64,000 nt of DNA from Dipteris shenzhenensis (lineage: Eukaryota): the NCBI GenBank assembly GCA_047967505.1, contig CM106538.1. The stretch is one strand, 5' to 3'. Of the stretch, positions 37,533-48,405 are shown piece after piece (the first letter of the stretch is position 1; each line of letters starts with the position of its first letter). Below the pieces are notes generated by a model, which saw only the letters and a program-made list of their open reading frames with translations, was not told where the DNA came from and did no database searches. The translations under genes and the position numbers were made by a program.

Positions 37533-38408
37533 TTTACAAATCACGAATTGCAACAGCAACGTGTAAATACAGCAAATGCCTCACAAGGGCAAATAGCAAA
37601 ACTTCTGCAAAAAGCCTCACAGGGGCAGATCTGCAACACTGATGAAAGTGGTATTTCACCACACAGTCACTTCCCAGTGACGATTTTGCATCAACAGGCA
37701 ACAGGCATGAATCTGCAACTCCCAATATCTCTACACACAGGCATACGATGCAATTTCTGTGGCACCTTTCCACCGACTTTAGCCGCACGCAGTGGTCGCA
37801 CAGTGAAAAATAGGGCCTTTTTCTGAGTGCCTGCGAAGAACTTCTGCCTTCAAAACGGGCCCCGAAACGGCCTCAAATCAAAAAAATAAAGTCACCGAGG
37901 GCTTCGCCATCGCCCGCTGCGCTCTCGCCACACCGCGAAGGGCCTCTCAATCTGAAACAGTGCACTCCTGCACTTCTGGCTGTGCTACCTGTAGAGATTT
38001 GCTCCCAAACTCGAAATAGGAAAGCAACACTAGTCCTCTTACCAGGACACCACAAACTTGGCTTGCTTTCTTGAGCTCCTTACCACGAACAAGGCTCTGA
38101 TACCATGTAAAGAATAAGGGAGAGAGATAGGAGACTCAAGTTCAGCTTTCTTCACAACACACAAAAGAGAGAGGACACAAGGTTGGAGGGTGAAGCCTTT
38201 CTTCACTTTTGCACACAACAACAATACAATAGAAGAGGGAAATACCCTATATGTCAAACCCTAGAATACGTGGTTCATATGTGAACCCAAACCAAAAACA
38301 TACGTGGTAGTCTAACTACACCACGAGTACAACTAACATAGGCGGTGACATAAATGATAGTCATCCAGGAGATGTATCGGGGGTAGAGCTTGATATCTCA
38401 ATAGAATC

Positions 38409-40975
38409 TAGAAGTGGATGTATGTGGAATTTCTATGCCGACTACTTTTCAGGTGATCCCTACCAAGCCAGATGCGCATGCCTATCCATTGATTTTGGGA
38501 GGGCCTTGGCTACGCAAGGTGAAGGCTATTCAAAAGTGGGATACTGGAGAATTGATTTTGCAGGGAAATGATAAGAAGGTGCGCTACAACATCAGAAGCC
38601 GCAAAAAGGAAGTTGTCAAGGAGGAGTCTTCAACATCAGAGAGTTCAAGCTCTGACTTAACCGATGAAGAAAAAGAGACAAGGTGTAGCTCCGAGGAGTC
38701 CAACTCAGAGGGTGAGGTGGAAGGAGTGGCCTTTGGTCTTTGTCTTGGTGCTGATCGGGATGAGTCAGGAAGGAACAAAGTGGTGGTGCAAGAAGATCCT
38801 GTAGAGACACTTCATGTGGAGGATGTGGAGCACATTAAACGACGCCAACGCAATGAAGAGCTTCTTGGTGATTCTCTATCAGGTAGTGAGAAGCTCCAGT
38901 ACTTAGATATGCTAGATGATTTTCCATGTCTCTTTGCAACAAGCTATTCACAGGTTCGGCCAGTATCTCTTGTGGAGCACAAGATTGAGTTGAAGCCAGA
39001 AAGCAAGCCAGTTGTGCAACGCTTAAGGCGATTGGGGGTGATCCAAGTTGAGGCATTAAAGAAAGAGGTAACACAACTACTTGAGGTGGGATTCATCTTT
39101 CCTGTTGATGATTCAGAATGGATATCTCCTGTAGTTGTCACACCAAAGAAAGGAAATAAGTGGCGAGTTTGTGTGGACTTTCGTCCTTTGAATGCATGCA
39201 CTAAGAGGGATCATTTCCCTTTGCCATTCCAAGATGAAATACTAGACCAAGTAGCAGGGCATGAGATGTATTCTGTATGTGATGGGTATTCTGGGTACTT
39301 TCAAATTCGTATTCGGGAGGAAGATCAAAAGAAAACATCATTTGTCACACCTTGGGGAGTTTTTGCTTACAGAGTGATGCCTTTTGGGTTGACCAATGCA
39401 CCAGCTACATTTCAAAGGTTCATGAGTCAAGTCCTGGAGCCTTACTTGGGAAAGCTCATAAGGGTGTTTTTGGATGATTTTTGCATTTATTCTCAACGCA
39501 TAGATCGCATGGACAAGTTAAAGATGGCCTTAGCTAGGATTGATGAAGCAAAAGGGTGTCTAAATCCTAGCAAGTGTCATTTGGCTCAAACAAAAGTAGT
39601 CTTGTTGGGGCATATTGTGTCTCAAGAAGGCTTGCAAATGGATCCTGACAAGGTTCAAGCAATCATGGCATTGCCAAGTCCTGAGAGTGTGACTGGTGTT
39701 CGCAGAATTCTAGGAAAGAGCAAGTATTATCAACGCTTTTGTGATGATTTCATAGAGATAGTGCATCCCATGAACTTGTTGACAAGAAAAGGAGTTTCTT
39801 TCCAATGGGGTGTGGAGCAACAAGAGTCTTTCCAGCTACTTAAGGAGGCCATGAGTAAGGGCCCAATATTGAAGCCCCCTGATTGGTCTCACGACTTTTA
39901 TGTAAATCCAAGTGTATCTTTGCATTCAGTTGGTGCTGTATTGCTACAAAAAGGAGAGGCAGGTAGAATGCAACCCATCTATTATGCCAGCCGACAGCTT
40001 ACAGATGTGGAAACAAGGTATGAAGAAATGGAGCAGCAAGCTCTCTCTTTGGTGTTTTCTGTCAGAAAGTTTCGCTCCTATTTATTACCTTGACCATTTT
40101 TCTTCCTTACCTCTCAGTCTGTATTAGCATATCTAGTTCGCAAGCCTAATCCGGGGGGGAGATTTGCAAAATGGTTGTCAGAGCTTCAAGAGTTCTCTTT
40201 CTCTTTTGTCACTGAAAATACCACTAGGTCCACTATGGCAGATTTGCTCACAGGACGGGAGGATCTAGGAGAAGAAAAGAGATGTAAGGAGAACATTAAA
40301 GATGAAAGGGATACACCACCAACAGCTTTTGTTTTGTATTTTGATGGGGCTTTTAGTCCTTCATGCCAACAAGGAGCCGGGGGGACAGTCTTGATGAATC
40401 CTGAAGGTCAAGAGGTATGGGCAAGAGGACAAGAGCTTCCAGGTATCACAACTAACAATGCAGCTGAGTATAATGCTTTGATTCTTGGTTTGGAAGGTTG
40501 TCTTCAAAGTCAAGTTAAAGAATTGGAAGTAAGAGGAGATTCTCAGCTTATTATAAAGCAAATGCAAGGGCATCACAAGACAAGAAGTCCTCATTTGAAG
40601 GAGCTTAATCAAAAGGCTATGGCACTATGTACTCAGTTTGATTTTTGCAAGTTTGTTCATATGAACAGAAAAGAAAATCAAAGGGCAGATGAGTTAGCTA
40701 AAGCCATTGTAGTGCCAGACCGGGGGGTGGTTTCTTGGGTAGACACTGGATGGCCAAAACTACAAGATGTTCAGCAATATGTGGAAGAAGGCATGTTTCC
40801 TCGAGGGTTAACTCCACAACAGAAGCAGAGATTGGTTACTTTTGGCCACGCCTCCATAAGGATGTATATGAATGTCACGAATGGAACCTATCAACTTGAG
40901 GATGTTGATGGCATGGTGATACCCGGATGCACCAATGAGTATCGCCTTAAATTCTTCTATGCTCGACCACCTTGA
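38409..40975 (+). pseudogene. pol: Gypsy pol: protease C-half, RT, degenerate RNase H, additional RNase HI; integrase largely deleted
   Basis: LILGGPW; WRVCVDFRPLN; DGYSGYFQI; MPFGLTNAPATFQR; FLDD; then LYFDGA...TNNAAEY...GDSQL...ENQRADELAK. Stop at 40091. Confidence 0.95.
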
Positions 40976-43900
40976 GGGCCAGCAGACCCTCTCTGTACTA
41001 GAGAGGATCTGCTGGGGGGGGAAAGATGTGATGCCAAAAATTGATATTTTTAACTTGGCATTGATATTGTTTTTCTCTATGTTTGATAAGAGTTTGAGTA
41101 TCAAGTGATAGCCTAGCGGCTCTCACTTATTTCTATTTTCTATGATATTGTATGGGATGGAGAGGATGAGTGGAATGGCTCATTGTAAATACCATAGGTA
41201 TGAATTATAAATACCTTGGTATGGGGTGAGAGTTATTTGTGTATGGGATATTATGGAGTTTTTAGAAAATAGGAAGAGTGAGTCATATAAAGTGGTGGGC
41301 TCATGTCCATGTGTTCCAATAATATAAGAGAGGCCACATGCCAAGCGTGTGGAAGGCATGTGGAGGAGTGTGAAGTCAAGAGGAATCCTTCTAGAACTCC
41401 TATGTGGAATAAGGAGGATGTGGACATGTGGAAAAGAGAGGGTCCCTATGGGCTCCATGTGGGGAGACTCTTGACTTTCTCAATATTTTAAGAGTCTTGA
41501 GCACCTTTTGATGGGACACATGGCAAGAGTAGCCAAAAAGGACATGGATGGTGACATACGTGCTTATGTGATTGATGGGGAAAGGAATCTATAGGCAGCA
41601 ATTGTAAATGGGTGAAGGAGGGTAACAAAATCTCTATAAAAGGAGCCCTCCTCTCCCTTGTTCATCAAAATCTCTTCCACCATTGGGCCTTATGTTGCTG
41701 TAGTTCTAGTCTCCGCAAGCCTCTTCCATGAGCCTTCTCTTCCTCTTGTAGATATTCTCTTATGTAGACTCTTGAGTCCTTCTCTCTCTAGTTTATTCTC
41801 TCTCTATGAGTAGTCTTGGAGCTTCCGCTCCCTCTTGTATGTATGAAACCTCTTCTTCTCCCTTGTGTTTGTAGTGTTGAGGTGGATTCTCACTCTATTT
41901 GTAATGAAGGTCACTTCAGGTTCTTTCTCTTTCTTGAGTGTCTCTTCCCTTTTCTTTCTTTCAAAGCTTTAAAAGTTCTTTCTATTCGGCTGCTCACTGT
42001 GCACACATGGTCCATTTGTTTCCCGAGCCACTATGCAAACTTCTTCCCCTCTTCTAGGCGAAATCTATGAGGGGTGGATCGTTGATGAAGGTGGAGTCTT
42101 GAGGGAGCATCCTACTCAGGCGAAATTAGCCTGGGTGGAGGATAGTTTTCATGACAGTTTGACCCCTTGTTAGTGTTTTGCTCATAACTTTCTGCTCGAT
42201 AGTCCGATTGTAATGAAATTTATATCAGCGCGAAGCTCTCTTCAAGGCGCATGTTTCTTTATAATCAGATCTTAAATCAAATATTGTTGCAAAAAGTTAT
42301 GAGTCTCTATGTTTGATAGTCTGTTTTCATGATAGTTTTTACCCCCTTCCAGTAAACTGTCCATATCTCTTCAACCGTTTGTCTATTTTCAATGAAACTT
42401 ATATCAGCACGAAGCCCATCTAAGGCGCATCTGTTTGTGTACTTGAATATCTTTGATATCATGTCTCTACTAAAAGCTATAGGCCTATGTGTCTAATGAC
42501 AGTTTGTAGAGTGTTTTGAGCTAAGTATAAAGGTGTCTATGAAGGAGGTGCAATGTTTCCTTGGAATCTACCCATCCGACCTAATCAGCCCCTTCAAACT
42601 CCTCGATATATATCAGTTCATGTCATGTTGAGCCGCAAGATCTTCTTTCAACAACGTATCGCTCTTCTCTTTGGTGCAGATCGGCTCGCTGAGATTATGG
42701 CCTCTGCTGATCCTTTCCTTCTCCCTATGCTTGACTACAACATCACTTGGGATGTTACCATCTTCATTCTCATCTAAGGGAGGAAAGTATGGTGTGGTAT
42801 CTTGGCATAAAAGCTTCTTTCTAATGTCTCATTCTCAATGATAAGTATCTTTGGCAGTCAGTTCGAATGCTGCAGGAAGTGAAGAGGTGCGTGAAGTTTA
42901 TTATCCCCAACTTCATGTCACAATACTCAAACACATATATAAATGAATGAAAAAAGAAGATTAGGGTGGTTCTACACCCACTAAAACTTGTGTGACTCTC
43001 TGTTTCTCTCTCTCCCTCTTCTGTTCTTGCTTCTGTTCAGAGCACTCTCAACTGGTATCAGAGCCCGGGTGATCTAGCTGAGCGTGCGTGAATGCTTAAA
43101 GCTCAGCAACTCTGTGGGAGGAAGGAGAAGCTCTGTGGGAAGCTTTGTGGGTGAGTTTACTTGCATCTGAGTTTGTAGAGACCTTGGAGGAACCTTTGGA
43201 AAAGCCACTTTGGTTTTGCAAAGTGGTTTTGAGAGCCTGTCAAGTGTTTTCAAAGAAAAAGTCATTTTTTGAGCTTTTCCCTATTTTGTTCTTGTTCGAT
43301 GACAGAGACTCCGTATTGACTTGTAGAGGCAACTATTGCTTGCTTTTGGTATCCACTTCACTTCAAGAGCTTGGAAACACTCATTCTTGAATCTAGGATC
43401 ATTTTATTGGATTTCTGACTCACTGTGTCAGTTTCTGCGTTTTTTTGCTCGGGTATTGGAACTCAAGTTTGGAGCAACCATTTGCAGATTTGTCAGTTCC
43501 GATGGACTCAAGAGGTCCTAAAACTTCTATGTTGCTCATCATTCGCACTCCAGTGGAGTTTACAAACAGCTCTGTTTCCAAAAACGTTTTTCAGTCCGTG
43601 TGTTGGACCCAGTGACTGAGACCATAGTTTTCAAAACCGTCTGTCCCATTGCATTCCGGATGCCCAAAAACCCCTACCTGCCAATTCTTACATGATTCGG
43701 TGGAGGATTTTCAGAGTTATAGATCTCTGTGTATTCGATTTCGTCTCTCTCTATTATGCATTTTTCATTCTAAGGTTTTGAAACCTTAGATTTATGCCAC
43801 ATGGCAGTGGATAAGTGTTGACTCCCATTTCTCACTCATCGGTTGGGATTTGGAGCGCTGGTAGAAGAGAGATATTTGCAGATTTTCTTGCTGAGTGCGA

Positions 43901-44519
43901 TTATGCAATGGCGCCCATGTTTTGAGGCATCTCAGGTTCTATTTTCAGTAGTGGTCATTACCGTGGGACTATGATTTCTTGAGCATACCTTATGTAGATC
44001 ACTTTGGTTGTAGTTTGAGCAGTGTGCGCTCATTCGTGGTGTGCATTGGGTTATAGTGGATGATTTATAGGCCATTTGGATGCATTGCGGTCCTTATTGG
44101 ATGCGCTGATAGGCCCAAATTGCCTTGTGGGATGCTATTTTTTATGGACGCTTTGCACATGGATGCTATTTTATGTTGAGGGACAGCTTTGACACATTTC
44201 AGGTGATGCACTGATAGTGCTATGCTCTCTTGGATGAGATATTATTAATGCATATGCCAGTGGACGGTGTTTATGCTTGAGTCATTTGGCACTTATTGGC
44301 ATTTTGGATTGCCATTACAGTTGGCATTTTCTTTTGGGCCAGATTTGCTCATATGGATGCATAGTATATGCACATGAGTCAGCTACATCTTTTGATGCTT
44401 TGAGCTTTGAGTTTTGGTGATATTTCACTCTATTGTGGCATACACCTTTGGGTGCACCTAGTATTTGGTGTGATACTCTCTTACAGGCACTAGCATTTGG
44501 GATTTTGCTTCATTTCATT

Positions 44520-47500
44520 ATGGCATCCTCTTCCATGTCTGAAAAGGAGTTTTTCAACATTAAAAATTTTGATGGGACAAACTTTTCTTTGTGGAAAGAA
44601 CAGATAAGGGATGTGCTTATTCAAAAGAAGCAAATTAAACCCTTGGTAGGGTTTGAAGCTAAGCCTGCAAATATGTCCGAAGATGATTGGAATGAGTTGG
44701 ATGCATTAGCAAAGTCTACTATTAGATTTCATCTTGCAGAGTCAGTTTATTTCACGGTAGTTAAATGAGCAGACTATGGAAGATTTGTGGAAGAAACTGT
44801 GTGCCACTTATGAGAAGGAAATTGCCTCTAATAAAGTTTACCTCATGAAGAGTTTGTTTGAGCTGCAAATGAAGGAAGGGGTCTCCATTGCTTCTCACTT
44901 GAATGAATTCAATATTATTTTCAGCCAGCTTCAGGCTTAGAAGATGAATTTTGATGCGGAGACTAAGGCAATATTTCTCTTATGTTCATTGCCATCCTCA
45001 TGGGATACCTTCCGTACAGCTGTCAGTAACTCTGCACCTAGTGGAGTACTGAAATTTGATGATGTTGTGGGTAGCTTGTTGGCCGAGGAGATTAGACAGA
45101 AGTCTATGGATGGCAATAAGCAAGATACAGCCTTAAATGTGCAAAGGGGCAGATCACAGTTCAAGGGGAAGTCCCAAGAAAGAGGGAAGTCTTGTAGCAA
45201 ATCCAGGGCATGAAACATTGAGTGTTACCACTATGGCAAGAAGGGCCATGTGAAAAAGGATTGCTACAAGCTGAAAAGAGAGAAAAAGGATAAGAAAAAG
45301 AATGCAAATTGGGGTGCAAATAAGAAGGAAGAGAGTCCAAGGGAGGACAAAGGAAAAGTGAAGATCGAGGAGATCAATGCAGTCACACATGATAGTGACA
45401 ATGACATTCTCTTCATGTCTAATTTATCTGCAGAGTTGCTTACCACTTCAGATGATGCATATTCCCTGGATTGGATTTTGGATTCTGGTGCTTCATTCTA
45501 TGTTACTCCCCATAGGGAATGGTTCTCCACTTATGACAGTGGAAAGATAGGTTGTGTGCATCTTGGAAATGACTATACATGTGACATAGTGGGAGTAGGT
45601 GACATAAAGTTTTCTTCTGCAAATGGGTCTGCATTTATTTTAAAACATGTGAGACATGTGCCTAAGTTGACCAAGAGTCTTATTTCAGTGGGTCAGCTAG
45701 ATGATGCTGGTTTTCACACCACTTTTGGCTTTCAGAGTTGGAAAATCCAGAAGGGCTCTATGCTTTTGGCCAGGGGTGCCAAGTGTGGGACTTTGTATCC
45801 CTTACATGTATCAGGGGTATTTGATCATGTTGTTGCAATAACCGAGCAACCAAGCACTTATTTGTGGCATTGCAGGTTGGGGCACATGAGCCAGAATGGA
45901 ATGAAACTCTTATGCCATTTGGGTTATGTACCGCATTTGAGTTTCTTTGATTTTGAATTTTGTGAGCACTGTCTCTATGGGAAGCAGACTAAATCAGCCC
46001 ATAAAAGAAGGGGAAAGAAAGAGTTTGAAAAGCTTGATTTGGTGCATTCAGACGTATGTGGTCCCATGCCTACATGGTCACTAGGTGGGGCTAAATACTA
46101 TGTGACATTCATTTATGATGCAACTAGGAAAGTGTGGGCTTATGCTATAGCTCAGAAGAGTGATGTGTTCCAGGTATTTCAGAAATAGCTGGCCTTGGTT
46201 GAGAATCAGTCAGGTAGAATGCTTAAATGCCTATGGGTTGACAATGGTGGAGAGTATCTCTCTCATGACTTTCAGCATTTCTGTGATACACATGGGATTA
46301 AGAGGGAGCTCACATCCCCTCATACTCTAGAGCAAAATCCAGTTGCAGAAAAGATGAACCGTACCATTCAAGATAGGTTGCAATGCATGCTTTCCAATGC
46401 AAGTCTTTCTGGTGGTTTTTGGGCTGAGGCAATGAAGACTGCACTACATGTGATCAATAGATCACCTAGTAAGAGTTTGGATGGTGGTATTCCTGAAGAG
46501 GCATGGAGTGGCAAGAAGCCCTCTTACTCTCATTTGCATATCATTGGGTGTGAGGCATATGCACATGTGCCGAAAGAGCTTCGAAAGAAGCTAGATCCTA
46601 AGTCTAGGAAATGCATCTTTCTGGGTTATGGTGAAAGTGGAGAGATGGGCTATCGTCTCTGGGATCCGAAGGCAAAGAAGATCATACGAAGCCATGATGT
46701 AGTCTTCACTGAGAAGAAGATGCATAAGGCACCCATGAGGGATGGGGAAATGAGGAGAATCACTTTCCAGGATGTGAATCCACATACATATGTTGATAGA
46801 CAACAAGCTGTCCATGCACCAAATGTGCAAGAAATGGTACCACCAAGTACTCCCACAGGTATACAATCAAGGGTAGATGATGGATCATCTATTGGTGGAA
46901 ATGATGAGCCAAATGTGGCTAATATGCAAGTGGAACAGCAAGCTGAAATGCCCTTGAGAAGATCATCTAGAGTGTTTAGGCTACCTGATAGGTTTGTTCC
47001 AGGGGTAGACTATGTGATGCTTACTGATTGCGGGGAGCCTTCTTGCTACAGAGAGGCTATGATGCGCGAGGATCAATGCAAGTGGGAGTATGCTATATGC
47101 AATCAGAGATGAGTTCACTTATGAAGAATAAGACTTGGGACTTGGTTTCTTTGCCACATGGAAAGAAAGCATTGCCATGTAAATGGGTCTACAAAATGAA
47201 GGTCACAGGTGATGATGTCCCTAGGTACAAGGCCCGTTTGGTCGCTAAAGGATTCAAGCAAGAGAAGGGTGTGGACTTTGATGAGATATTTTCTCTAGTT
47301 GTGAGGATGACCACACTTAGATGCATGCTTGGACTAGTGGAAACAGAAGATATGGAGCTTATGTAGATGGATGTCAAGACAGCTTTCTTGCATGGGGATT
47401 TGCATGAGAAAATTTACATGGTGCAGCCGGAAGGCTTTGAAGAAAAGGGCAAAGAGCATTTAGTTGGCAAGCTGAAGAAGAGTCACTATGGTCTTAAGCA

Positions 47501-48405
47501 AGCGCCTAGAGAATGGTATCAGAAGTTTGATGCTTTCATTCAGTCCCAGGGTTTTAGGAGTGAAATTGATCACTGCCTCTACACTAAAAGGGCTAAGGAT
47601 AATAGCCTGATAATCCTGGCACTATATGTGGATGATATGCTATTGGCTAGCAAGAATACTTATGAGCTAGATGCATTAAAGGCCAAGTTGCATGAGGCCT
47701 TTGATATGGAGGATTTGGGACTTGCAAGTCATATTCTTGGTATGCGCATCACGTGTGATCGGAGTAGGAAACTCCTTTGGCTTTCACAGAAGGACTATGT
47801 TACAAAAGTATTGCAGCATTTCAATATGGAGGGGGGGAAGGCAGTGAGTACTCCATTGCCTCCATATGTGAAACTAAGTCATACAGATAGTCCCAAATCA
47901 GATGAGGAAAGGGCCATGACGGCCAAGGCTCCTTATGCATCAGCAGTTGGCAGTCTTATGTATGCTATGATAGCTACTAGACCAGACATTGCATTTGCAG
48001 TGGGAGTTGTTAGCCGGTATATGGCTAATCCAGGAAAGAGGCATTGGGAGGCAGTTAAGTGCATCATGAGGTACATGAAGGGTACCAAGGAGATGTGCAT
48101 TTGCTTTGGTAGAGGAGACATGCGTGTACTTGGGTACACAGATTCAGACTATGCAGGGCATGTGGATAGTAGGAGATCCACTTCTGGTTATGTGCTCACG
48201 TTTGTAGGTGGTGCAGTGTTGTGGATGTCTCATGCACAAAATTGCGTTGCTTTGTCTACCACAGAGTCTGAGTATGTTGCAGCCACAGAGGGTTGCAAGG
48301 AGGCTATATGGCTTGATCAGCTAGTGGGAGATTTGGGGATTCATACAGGTGTACTGACATTGCATAGTGATTCCATGAGTACTATTCAGCTAGCACGGAA
48401 TCTGG
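44520..48405 (+). pseudogene. pol: Copia gag-pol of the outer element, multiple stops
   Basis: KNFDGTNFSLWK; LLCSLPSSW; WILDSGAS; LWHCRLGH; HSDVCGP; DNGGEY; MDVKTAFLHGDL; LYVDDML; PYASAVGSLMYAM; YTDSDYAG. The RNase H end, PPT and start of the 3' LTR are deleted. Confidence 0.95.

Larger units (their letters stand above)
32914..38403 (-). mobile_element. Near-complete Ty1/Copia LTR retrotransposon (innermost insertion)
   Basis: 298-bp LTRs at 32914-33211 and 38106-38403 (5 transitions seen). TSD GAATC at 32909-32913 and 38404-38408. PBS reverse complement GGCTCTGATACCA at 38093-38105. PPT at ~33212-33222. Confidence 0.97.
29620..42922 (+). mobile_element. Tat-like Ty3/Gypsy element with long LTRs and an additional RNase H
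   Basis: 3' LTR 41027-42922 (TGTGA...TCACA). The 5' LTR 29620-30930 matches it but lacks the last ~570 bp and the PBS. 4-bp TSD ATAC at 29616-29619 and 42923-42926. PPT GGGGGGGGAAAGA precedes 41027. Confidence 0.93.

Noticed and set aside
33516-37826. Many antisense and alternate-frame ORFs over the Copia pol
   Set aside because: Shadow ORFs of the long coding strand.
40175-40975. Host or prokaryotic RNase HI gene (horizontal transfer)
   Set aside because: It is an integral part of the Gypsy pol between LTRs, a known feature of Tat-like elements.
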